A stretch of 64,000 nt of DNA. Source: Phoronis australis (Eukaryota > Animalia > Phoronida). Location: positions 315,336-379,335 of the forward strand of contig NMRA01000144.1 in assembly GCA_002633005.1 (NCBI GenBank), given 5' to 3'. This document shows, one piece after another, positions 37,761-49,500 of this stretch; position 1 is the first letter of the stretch; every line of letters starts with the position of its first letter. Both the position numbers and the translations under genes were made by a program. The notes beneath the pieces were generated by a model. The model searched no databases and was not told the origin of the DNA. It saw only the letters and a program-made list of their open reading frames with translations.

Positions 37761-39929
37761 CTCACCATGCAGTTGGAAATTTCCGTGTTGGTACAGATCC
37801 CGGCGACCACTGAAACGAGTTGTTCAATGTGTCAATAATTCAGTAGTGACGCGTATTAGCAAATGTACAACCTTTTCGTGCAGCAGTAAGCCATGGGGTC
37901 AACGCCCATTGTTATACTCAGCGAACTTTTCACAATCTCTTGAAGCGAGTTCCATTCAATACCAAATGTCTTCTTTGTAATACTGTTCACATTCTCTCGA
38001 CTGATCAGTTCAACATTTAAAGCCTTGACTGAGAAGTTGCTTGGTCAACTCCGTAACCCTCGCTCAATGCTGATTCATTGGTCAACAATTACACCCGCGT
38101 AAAATGTACGTTTCACTTGTCGGCAGGGCTACACAACAGTAATATCGATGTGTGTAGAGGCTGCAGTGATAATAATTCGCATGTCTCCTGCACGCTCTTT
38201 ATTTGATTGTGTGTGTTCAGCAGAGACTACATCAACACTCTGTGGCCAATGTTTAAACAGGCGCACGGCAGAGGTCTATAAAAGACAGCATACAATCACA
38301 AATAGCAACACCTCACGGGAAAGAAGCACCAAATCAATGCTTATGGCGGGGCAGCGGAATATACAAAAATTATTAAAACTTGAATTTTAAAATCCTATTT
38401 TGCAAATCCAATGCTGTAAGATAAGTTCATTCCTGTTTAGAAAGTTTTAAGCTTTGACCACAGTAGCTTTGTTGCGTTATTGTTCAGCACATGATTTCAT
38501 TTTGGCTTATTCTGATGTGTCAAGACAATACTTATATCAAGGGTATTTTCTACAGGCTTAACTTGTGCTGCTGAGATGATGCTCAGATGGAAAATAAAAT
38601 TCTTTCCTAAAATTATTTTACATCACATTTAGTGCTGTCAGATGTATGTAATCACTGAGATATTTAGAAACCTTGAATCAATCAGTTATAAGTTCTTATT
38701 CTGCGATTTTTTTCTGTAGTTTTACCAGTGAATTGAATAATTGATATAATTCAATACATGTATTTTAAAAAATCTATATTGATATTTCTGGGTCTCACTG
38801 AACCGAAGTGTTTTCAATCGGATATGAAAGTTGAGATTCACCTCTTAGCAGATATGAGCCCATCTGGGATATCATTGCCTTTCAAGAAAAATGGTCTAAC
38901 CATAGTGAATAATCGGTCAACTGAGGGGTTTAGGAAGACTTTTAAACTCTCAGTGATGACAGGTATTTTATGTTGCATTCATCATGATTGATTTCATTCA
39001 TAAAAGTTATGTGGGAAAGATCTCCATTCATTATCGACAATGATAATGAAGATGGGAATGCAACATAGTGAATTACATACCATCATGGTGTGTACCACAC
39101 TAAAAAACTTGAGTTCAAAGTTCAGAGGTAAGTCGATCGTTGAATGATCTGTTGTCGTCATGTACATATCGTATTGATCATTCAATCGGAGTTCTTTTGC
39201 CGATTAAGGTAAGAGGTTGTGGCCTTCAGGTGCGGCGACATCGTGGACATGTTCTACCGACTTCGTGTTAATCCAGCTAATCAAAAAATTGTTTCAGATT
39301 TTCATGGCGGGAGGAAAGTAATTTTATGTAGATTCCGCCGGAATATTGCATGACTGCATATCTTTTCGGTGCAACAAGCGTCTTCTCTAGGTTGCACCAA
39401 CTTTGACCTCAAACAGATTTCTGTGGCTGGTGATATGGAGTTATGTAGGATGAATCAGCTAGGTTTGTGGACTGAAATCTGCCAAAAATGACACTGAACC
39501 TATCATACTGACTGGGCAAACTAAACCACTGTGTTTAAAAGGATCTTAGTCTCCACAAATTTGTTTCGAACTCTACTAGACCATGTCCATTTTTATTGCT
39601 ATAAAATAAATGACAATACATTAAAAAACAAATATTTAGCCCAAAAAGAGAACCATTATATCGAGTCTTTTAACTATAAAACAATGACTTAAGCGAGACA
39701 AAAATTTGACCATGTCCATTAATCCTGATGACTGGTCAAAAGAATCAAAGATTTGAATATTTTGCGTTATTCTCTCCCAATATCGGACTTTTCATATTGG
39801 CGTTCTCTAGCGTGAAAGCACTAAAGCAACTTCCGCTTGATCCCGACTCAGATTCGTTGGACAAGCCTGCGTTGCTGATGTGCCGAGTCGAAAAGGCCTC
39901 TTGAAATTGTCGCATTAAGACAAAGTGGG

Positions 39930-40150
39930 GTATCATGGGTTTTCTTCTTTCAGCGACCAGCACCACCAGCGAAATGTACCGGACATACACGAATCCATCG
40001 TCGAAATTCCTCCGCTTTATCAGCCACATCCACTGACTGCTGCCGATGATTCTTTTTCGCCGAGGGAAATGTAGATGGAACGTGGTGTCCTTCATCCATG
40101 GAAATTTCGAAAGGTTTTTCGTGAGTCACTAGTAGACACCACGGCACGGC
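39930..40150 (-). pseudogene. Frameshifted THAP zinc-finger relic, probably from a DNA transposon
   Basis: Across frames: AVPWC ... TTFHLHFP ... QWMWLIKRRNF ... RVCPVHF, matching the order of THAP motifs. Confidence 0.5.
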
Positions 40151-41039
40151 AGTTGGAATCTGTAGGTGGCGCTGAACGTCTGTCCAGCGAAGGGGGCACA
40201 GAACAGTTCTCACAGAGGTTTACCTGTCAGAACACACGCCAATGGACTCGTCACCCTTTCATCATTCTGTCAAAAACTGCATGCAAAGAACGAAAAGTTT
40301 TGAGTCGTTTCACATCACAAGCCCTACAGATGAGCATAGAAACTTTATTCTCTCTTGTATTTTTGACTTTCATTCTTACTGAAAACCAAGCTAGACTAAG
40401 AAAAAAGGGGCAAAAAACGCGAAATCGGCACTTTTCACCCCCAAACCACAATTGCCCTGCCGATGCTCGACTAAAGCCAACATTAGATTTCGAAAGCAAG
40501 ATCCCTACTGATTCCAAAATTGTGGTCCAAAAGTATTGTCAAACCAACTAGTTTTTTGCAAATCTGGCTTGTTTGAAGGCTATCTGAAATCGCGGCCAAT
40601 TTCTTAGTCGATATCAAGCAATGCACAATTGCAACAGGGGGCCGCCATCTTGAAGAAGAGTGCTGCTACAGCCGAGCAAGTCGTCTTTTTTCATTCTCAA
40701 CATGCTCACAAATACAAACAAACCACATTCACTTGGCCGCCTACATGCAATGTCTAACTAGAAATGCCCCCAAGCCTTGCCTACCCCTACCACCGAAGAT
40801 CTAGTCGCTGTTTGGCGGGGTCGTGAATTTCAATATTACGCTGCTATTTCGGAAATCTGAGCTATTTAGAGAGCGTCGGGTATCCGGTGGTGTGTTCGAA
40901 CGGGTGCATTTCAGTTTAGAATTACCCTTCAAGACAAACCCTTGACCAGAAGACGTATACTCTATACTAATTCATCGGTATAATCCATTGGGGTTCATAT
41001 ACCCAGTAGTATTAAAGGGAAAGTGATTTTCGTAAACCA

Positions 41040-41560
41040 TGTTTAGTGAACAAACTAGATGGAATAGTTCACAACCTGCCCCTCCGAAGATGTCTTCTGA
41101 ACGTTGACGAAATAGTTTGTGTTGGACAATTTACACATCGTTATATGCTACAAAATTTGTCTGAGAATTGCAGAATCTTTCCGATGCCAGTACTTTTGAG
41201 TATGGCCAGTGTCTATATTTGCCGCCACTTAAAATCTCTGTTAGTGATACCCATTGTTAGTAATGGGAAAAACAGAGTTGTTCCACGCAAGCCCGTTAAT
41301 GTTCCAAGGTTGGAGCTGTCACTGCAGTCTTGTCAGTTAATATTGGCTCTGTTTTGAAAAATGTTCTAGGTTTTGATAGATTGCAGAATTTCTGGATTAA
41401 CAGTAAAGCCAGGTGGTTTGATACTACATCTAGAATGAAGCTAAAAGATTTTGAATATACTTACAGTGTAGCGTCCAGCCAGTATGTGATCGTATGCTGT
41501 TCACGAAGTCGCAGTAGACAAAGGGCAATGTTGACCGGTATGCGTCGGCTGCCCGGCACT
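41040..41560 (+). mobile_element. BEL/Pao LTR retrotransposon RNase H fragment
   Basis: Frameshifted F.DAS..EYGQCLY and GKNRVVPRKPVNVPRLEL, then FWINSK, matching Pao DAS..AYG / KSRVAP.K..TIPRLEL / WTDS motifs. Confidence 0.75.
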
Positions 41561-41679
41561 AGGTTTTTCCACTCAATCCTCTTAAATTCATTGCACGATT
41601 ATAAATTTTGAGTAATAAACTTACCTCTCGTAATCTACTACGATCTAATACAGAACACTGGATATGTTTTGAGATATAT

Positions 41680-43158
41680 TTAGGAAAGTTATTGTGGTAA
41701 AGACCTTGATGGTGCCAAAAATTATTCACATAATGACAACCCTGCCTACTCCATCAGACATTATTGTGAATGACTTGAACGCAAGCATTTTTAAGTTTAT
41801 TTGGAATAACAAAGTTGAGAGAGTGAAGAGAGATGTATTACTTAAAACTTATGAGGAAGGGGGAGCTAAAATGTTGAATATAATTCTTTTTAACAAGGCT
41901 ATAAATATTTCATGGATACAAAGACTACTTACATCGGAATCAAAATGGGTGAAATTGTTTGAACTTGAAACAGGGATTGCAAATTCAAATATTATAAATT
42001 TTGGAAATGATTTTATCAAATACCATACTGAAGTAATCAATCCTTTTTTGGAACTAAGTTCTTATTAACTGGTCCTTTTTCATAAGTAAACAGCCCCATA
42101 AAGATGCGAATGATTTACTCTCAACAAGTTTATGGCATAATGATGAAATACTAATAGACAGAAAATCTATCTTCTTTAGAAAGTATGCTAGTGGTGGTGT
42201 TCTTTTTGTTAATGACTTACTTGATGAAAATAACAGGTTTTACTCATTTACTGAGTTTAAAAAGATCTCGAATATATCTAAAAACTTTTTGGAATATTGT
42301 TCTCTGATTGAGTCTATTAGGTCATTTCTGAGGAGAACACCATTACAAATGCAGTTAATTAAAATATATGGACCAATAATACCTTTTAATATCCGAAATT
42401 TTTTAAACTGCAGGTCAATTGGTAAAATGGTATATGGAATTGTTTGCCAGAACAAAATTTTGCCTATTTTCCAAAAAAGATTTCAAAAAGAAGGTTGTAA
42501 CTTTCTAAGTGATGACTGGAAAAATAATATTCATTGTATTCTAAAACCACTTATGATTTCAGGCTATATACACTGCAGTTTAAACTATTACATAGAGTAC
42601 TTGTAACGAGCTCTTTTCTTAAAAAATTAACCTGGTGGACTCTGATGTATGTATTTTCTGCCATTCACAAAGCGAAACAGTGGATCATATCCTTTTCGAA
42701 TGCAATAATATAAAAATTTTGATAGCAGAATTACGCAGTTGGGTGTTGTTGGTAAAAGGTATAAATATGGTGATTGACCCAAAAACTATGATTTGTGGCA
42801 TGCCCATAAGTGATGAAAATAAAGTTTTATATTGGATACTTTTGCAATTAAAACATTTTATTTACGTATCTAGGTGCAAAAAAATAATCCCCAGTTTTTG
42901 CCATTTCCTTAAGATATTAGAAAGAGAATTTTATATCCAAAGAAGAATTTTATCAAATAATGGTAATTTACATGAATACCATGCATCCTGGAGAAACTGG
43001 TTAACCAGAACTTTTGCCTGACAACATCCTACTAAAAGTGGGTGGGTATGTTGAGGGGGGGCTTGTGTGTGTGTGCGTGTGTGTATGTTAAGAGTGAGAA
43101 TGGCTTGCTTTTTGTCTTACATGTCTTTGTATTTCTGTTCTGTATACCAATAAAAAAA
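41680..43158 (+). mobile_element. 5'-truncated L1/Tx1-clade LINE (ORF2 C-terminal part, 3' UTR, A-tail)
   Basis: IFKFIWNNKVERVKRDVL..YEEGG, LWHNDEILID, zinc finger CIFCHSQSETVDHILFEC, a GT-rich UTR and aataaaaaaa at ~43150; few frameshifts. Confidence 0.88.
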
Positions 43159-43780
43159 TTTTTAAATATTTTCCGTGTAAATTACTGTTATCCTGAGGAG
43201 TATTTGCTATCCATGGATTGAATGTGACATGGAAATCCCAGCAAAGGGCCCACATCTTGGTTCTACATTAGCTTTAGTTGACCAAACATAATGTCATGCT
43301 TGCTATTGAACACAGACGGTGTCGGCCATTCTTGATTGTTCAAAAAATAAATACAGAATCAAATTGCGGACCTTCTGCTGGGCCGTTTACGTCACTCTCT
43401 ATTGCTCCATGGATACTAAATGTTAATTAGTTTACAGTATGCCCAACGGCTGAGGCGAAGTATGAGACACGGTGGTTTAAGTTGAGAAACGCCACACTGC
43501 TGCTGAGTTCTTCGTATCATTTGTTGCCACATGACCGCCTAATTCGTTAGGCACCCTTCTAAACATTGTCGCCATGCTAGGTATGAGATTATCCGACACC
43601 TTGGATATTCTTTCTGCCGATGATCTAGTGCTTTCATTTAAAAAAGACTGAGAACCACTCAATAAAATATGAATACTGTCTGTGGCTGAAACTCGAAACA
43701 GTTACATTTTTAATGGCTGTTTTGGAAGAATTATACTGAATACATGCTGGTCACGTGTATTTCCTTCCATCGTACAATTA

Positions 43781-46598
43781 TTATTGAAGAGCGATGAACG
43801 ATGTCTTGTTTGTGTCGTAGACAACGCTATTGTCTTCTGGTTTAGACGTCACGTGATCCCTTTCACTGGCAGCCTGTCCATTTACGCTAACGCGAGTTAT
43901 CTTGGCTTCTTCGTTTTGGTTCTTTTCTTGTTTTCGTGGAAATTTGTCACTGGGGCGTGATTCCACTTTTACGTGTTGTGTGAATTTATTTGGAGACAAG
44001 TTGTGGGTTTTATTAAATATGTTTTCCGTTGACATACTAGATTTTGTTCCATGTCGGTCTTCTTCAGATTTGACATCGCCATTCAAATTTACAAGTGAAA
44101 AAAAACTTTCTGAAGTCCCGTCAACGGTGGCCTCATCATGTCCAGTACGGTGCTCGGTGAGTTTTATATCGCTCACAGACAATGCTTCGCTTCTTTTTGC
44201 CTTAGACTCGTCTAAGACTTTGTTCAAGTAATTTCCACTGCCCGTATTTCTTGACGGGTTTGGTGTTCCTGGCCGTCTTTTAGTAGCAGGGGTAGTCAAG
44301 GGCGTATCATCAGTATGGCTGGAAGGTATGTCATTCATACCTTTCTTCTTAAAGGGCTTCAGCTTCGCGTCATCCGAACTGTGTGACTGTCCATGTAAGT
44401 ATTCCGGTAAGCAACATACTTTTGGTTTCATTGACGAGAAGGTATACAAGATAGGATTTAGAGCTGAGTTGATGGGCATGACGAACACAGCGACCCAAGC
44501 AGAAACTTGTCGACTTATGGTGACTCCAGATAGAGCAACGATGCCGATAATGGAAATTGGCACCCAACAGAAAAAATCGGTCAACACAATGAGAACTAAC
44601 CGTCTGGCAAGAGCAAGGTCGCGCGCTGAAGACTTTCTCTGTGACTTAAGTCTTTGCTGTCTAGCGTAAACGTAAATCCAGATGTAACCCCCTGCTATGA
44701 CGACGAAGCAAAACAGATTTAAAGCAATAAATATTGTGGTTGAATATTTCCAGCCAATAGAGGACGTGTCGCGCAGAGTGAATGGGAGGCACACAGACGT
44801 TGAGCCGTAGTACAGGTCATCGTAGACGAGTAGAGGAACGGCAGCGATGACGCAGCATGTTACCCAACCAATGCTTTCGACAATGGCTGCCGACTTTCTA
44901 CTCAACGCATTCACTTTGAATGTGAACACTAAGATGAGCACGCGGTCTATTGTAATCACAACGAGTGTGAACACGGACATTTCACAAGCGACGGTTGAAA
45001 TGAACCCCTCAAACTGGCAAAGAAATCCCTCCTTCCATTTTTGTTCGTATTGAAAGAACGCCCCACGGCTATCAAAATACTGATCCGATGCTGCAATTAT
45101 GAGTAGATAGACCCCCATGATGAAGTCGGACACGCTTAAATTCAGGATTAGGAATGAATTGACATTTTGCCGTTCAGTCTTGAGGCGCCAAATGAACACG
45201 GCAAGATTGCCAAAGAAAGCCATCATTCCAATTACCCAGATAGCGTATCTCAAAAACGTGTCAGCGAGAAGATCTTCGCAAGATGAAAACTCTCCCGGCT
45301 CTGGTAAGCACTTAACGCTGTCGTTGAGAGCACAACAATATCTATGAGCATCCGTATAGAGGGAGTCCATCCGCAAATCTTTGAATGCATCTAAGTCAAT
45401 TTCCAAGTTTCTGTTGTTATTCTCAATGTTTAGGATGCCAACGTATCCACTAAATGCGTACGAAGAAATGGAAATCAATTTGTTATTTGAAAGATCAACA
45501 TGTCGAATGTTGACACCTCCAAACGTGTGCTCAGTTAAGTGCGTGATCTGGTTCCCATTCAGTTTGAGAAGCAGAAGATTTTTCAATCCTTGAAAAGCAT
45601 ATTGCGGAATTGTTTTTATGTTGTTGAACGAAATATCCAGTACACCCACGTAATGGTACCCTTGGAAAGTATTCCGTAAAAGTTCCAAAGAATTATTGGA
45701 CAACATTAAAGCACGCAAGTTTTTGCTGTAAGTAGGGATTGACGTGAGACTACCATTCACACAGCTCATCACTAAACCGGTGCACGTGCATGAATCTGGA
45801 CAGTCCTTCGTCAGATCACAGTACTTCTCGTCCTCGCCATTTGCACAGTCTTCTTGTCCGTCACAAATAAACTGCTGCTCGATGCACGATCGTTGTCCAG
45901 GGCAACGTAGCAGCCCAGGACACTTGTATTCGTCGCAATTCACTTCATCTTCGCCATTCACACAATCCTCTGTGCCGTCACATACGCGACTCAAATATAT
46001 ACAGAATGACTTGGGACACTTGAACATACCAGGGCACTCGAATCGCGAACAGTTTTTTAAATGGCTAAAATCACGACACCCTTCCACGACGGGTTTCATA
46101 TACCTGTCTACGTTATACACGCACGCTTTGTCTCGCTGAAAACACTTGGGATGATGCGGAATGCAACGAACTTCGTCATTCTTGGGACAGTATGATGTGT
46201 AATTTACGGTTACAATCGTGTTTCCCCCACTGCCAATATTCACCTCTCCTTTGATGGAATCCGTATATTTTAGCAGTTCGTCCTCACCTGTAAATGTTGG
46301 ACAGTCGGCTTGTAAGTCGTTTTGTCGAGATACGGGAATACAGGTTCCGGAGTAGCAATGAAATCCGTTTACGCAAGATGCCGCCCAGTCACACTGCTCT
46401 GTACTTTCGTCCTCTCCAGATCTACAGTCCTTAATCAAGTCGCACGTTCTGTTCATTTCAATGCACATACCATCAGCACAGCGAAATTCACCCACCGAAC
46501 AGTTCGGATATGTGCAGTTGGCTTCGTCTGAACCGTCTTTGCAGTGATTTACGTGATCGCAATAAAGTGAATACGGAAGACATTCACCGCTTTGACAC
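43781..46598 (-). CDS. GRL101: Copy B coding exon 3: LDLa repeats, LRRNT/LRRs, hinge, class A 7TM domain and long cytoplasmic tail (GRL101/RXFP-type LGR)
   Basis: LDLa CDG..DC..GEDE repeats; LRRNT CPDSCTCTGLVMSC; LRRs (LRALMLSNNSL, LLLLKLNGNQI); hinge HRYCC...PGEFSSCEDLL; TM motifs GNLAV, LSVSDF, TIDRV, CWVP, NSALNPILY. The symbol is a family-level assignment, not a 1:1 orthology call. Confidence 0.92.
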
Positions 46599-49500
46599 CT
46601 GAAAAGAAACGCTGTATAATTGAAATCCATGTTCCGTTAATTATGAATGTGTACACATGCATTTTAGACCAGATTTCGTTATAAAACTGTGTATACACTG
46701 GCGGATCTGGGATTTAGTAAGGATGGGGGGATTGTCGTAGAAAAGCCCTGAAACGGCATGTCAATTACGCTTTGATAATTTGGTCGACGTGCCTGGTGGT
46801 AGGCCTGCGTATTGTAGCCAACAAGTGGATCTAAAATTCACACAGATTCAGTTTACATATATTTAATAATCCTTTTTAGATATTAGTGGCAAAGTAGATT
46901 TCTAACTCATTTCTGTAGTCGCCTTTTCATGGCTGGAATTTTCAATGTTATACGTACATCATAGAAAAGTCATACACTAATGTTAGCGGTAATTCGGGAA
47001 TAACCGTGGTACCCGCAGGGATATCTAAAATTAGTGTGATTCTGAAATCGCCGCGGTGAGTGCGTATATATCGCTGCGGTGATTCCAGAATCACAGAGGG
47101 GGTCATGTCCCCCCACCAGACTACGACAAATAACACAGAGCATGCAATTTTAGGCAAACCTGAATGCGTTTTTACAGCCGCAGGACTCTTCGTCGTCACC
47201 TTCTACGCAATCCAAGTAGCCGTCACACAGCTGAGCTTCCAATATACACGAGCCGTCTTGACAAGTATGTTGATGAGCTCCGCATCGAGTGCTGTGAGTG
47301 ATGACATCACGTTCACATAAAACGTTAAGCGGACCATTCGGAAAATGTGCTTTTCTTCCTTGCCATTCAGAATGTTTCAAGTACTCAGAATGGTTTAGAG
47401 GTCTGATCGTCCAAATGAATGGAGGGCTTGTATCGCAATCAAATTCAATGAATTCATAATCTACGACATTTTCGTAAATGCCGTCCACTTGTAAAGATAG
47501 TGTTTTCCAAGCGTTTTTTCTGGGATTGATGACACGACATGTAGTATTGACCTTCTCCAACCAAATTCCCCGATATTGTGGTTGGTGTTTCCATAGTGAC
47601 AGGAGATATATTATGGCAGTGCTATCTTCGTGGGTGATCCTTGCCATTCTGCCCCCTTTTTCATGACACATTCCTTTTGCGTTTGTGTAAGTCAGAGACG
47701 TAAATAGAGACTGCAGACTCGTTATCATTCTAACACAGTAACCGTTCATGAAAGTCCATTTGTCCGGACATCGGTGTTTAAGATGGATTTTAACTGTAAA
47801 ATTATTGGGAGGGCCTTTGGGCAAAATGGAAGCTTTCTCGCAAATGTACAGAGAATTTGGAAAAGGATAGTTACATGGAAGTTTAGCCCAATGAGTTTTG
47901 TACTGCGGGCGAACGCTTGGTTCAGAAATGTACATCACTGTACAAAGCGAAAACTCTTCTCTGATTGGCTGAAGTCGGTTACGAGGAATTATTGTTGAAA
48001 TTTCGTCCCATTCTTCGAAAGTGGTCTCTTCTTCAGTGGTTCTGTCTGAATAAAGGTGGGTGTGCCAGTCAGAGAATCGAAACTGCGTACCGTCAATCCA
48101 CGACCCGTCCCCACCCTGCAATAAAGTAAAATTGAATGTGCTATAAGTGCACAAAATGAATTTTAATTTCTTAGTCAATACAGTACCAAATGACACTTTC
48201 CATTATTTAAGCTAATCGACATTATTTAAGCATGATCGTTCGTTGTAAAAGCTCATCATTTATTATTTAAACAAGTTTTGCCGTAGTGCCTGATTAATTC
48301 AAAATTATATAGAAATTTGATGATCAATTCACTTCCTGAGCTAAATCACGAATTTTTAAACGTGTTACGAGGTTTAGTTCTGCTGATTTCCGTCGATTTA
48401 GATTGGTTTTGAACTGTGTAAGAAGAAACTCGATGAGGTTTTACGAGTTTTAACAAAGATTTGAATTATTTCCACGAATACGTTCAGGTTATTCGCACTT
48501 AATTCCCAATAGTTCAAACTTTCCTCAGGACATCGATTAAATTTTTCCTCAGTTGTTGCACGTACGTTGCAGACCCTGATCCCGACCTCGGTACCATCAA
48601 GGCAAACAACTCATGTGGCACATTTTGGTTACTTTCATGGAGTATGTTTTCCACATTTTAATTTAATAGTCACAACATCTAGAAATGCAACAGTGCTACA
48701 TATACGCTCATAATGCAGTGTAGAGCCCACATGATGAAGTATTGTCAATGGGGGCTATTTTAACTACAACTGAGGACAACCACTCTCAGTGCCATACAAA
48801 CCTGCTAAGGTGTTCTTAATTCCATTAATTGTCGCACTATGTAGAAGGGTATTGTAACAAACTCTTAAAACAACCAATCGTCTACACAAACAACATCAAA
48901 CGAGCATTTCGTTCGCAACGTTTTCTCAACAACTGGTATGTCGTATTGTTTCATTCGTCGTTACCAACGTCAGGCTCTCACAAGTCACTGGTATCAAAAA
49001 CGGTTGACCAACGCGGTTAGAAATATCGCATGTGTTGGAACACTTAAGGCCATTCTGCACGCACGAACAAGCTGTCAAAGGACAACTACACAAAAAAGTT
49101 GCAGAAATGCTTCTGGGGTGGGTGGAAATTCCATCCACTTGAAGTAAAGTATACCATCTTCATAAAGCATGGTCGATAGGCTTTGGAATGGCAAGGTTAC
49201 GATCTAAAGCTATTTCGTACATCAAGTGGCAGCTTGTTTGATACACATGAGAAGTGTGCACAAGGAGGTAACTGACTTGGTTCTATTCAATCACACTTTG
49301 TACAGAATAGGTCTTGGCGGTGGTTTTTCACTCGTTGTTGTTGATGGTGGTAGGTACATTATGCATGTTGCTCTCTGCCGACACGCTTCAGCTCTTCCGA
49401 GAGCGAGTCCTATCCGTCTGTTGCCACATGGAGGCACTGCAAGAGTCTTATGATTGAAGCTGTGTACTGAAGGACAAAGTCGGTCAGCGGTGGCGACTAA

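Noticed and set aside
43902-46531. Plus-strand ORFs overlapping the receptor exons
   Set aside because: They are antisense shadows of the real coding frame and carry no recognisable motifs.
46599-46630. ATG at 46630 as the start of a stand-alone 949-aa GPCR
   Set aside because: There is no signal peptide, the first LDLa is incomplete, and the segment is a polypyrimidine tract ending in a phase-compatible AG.
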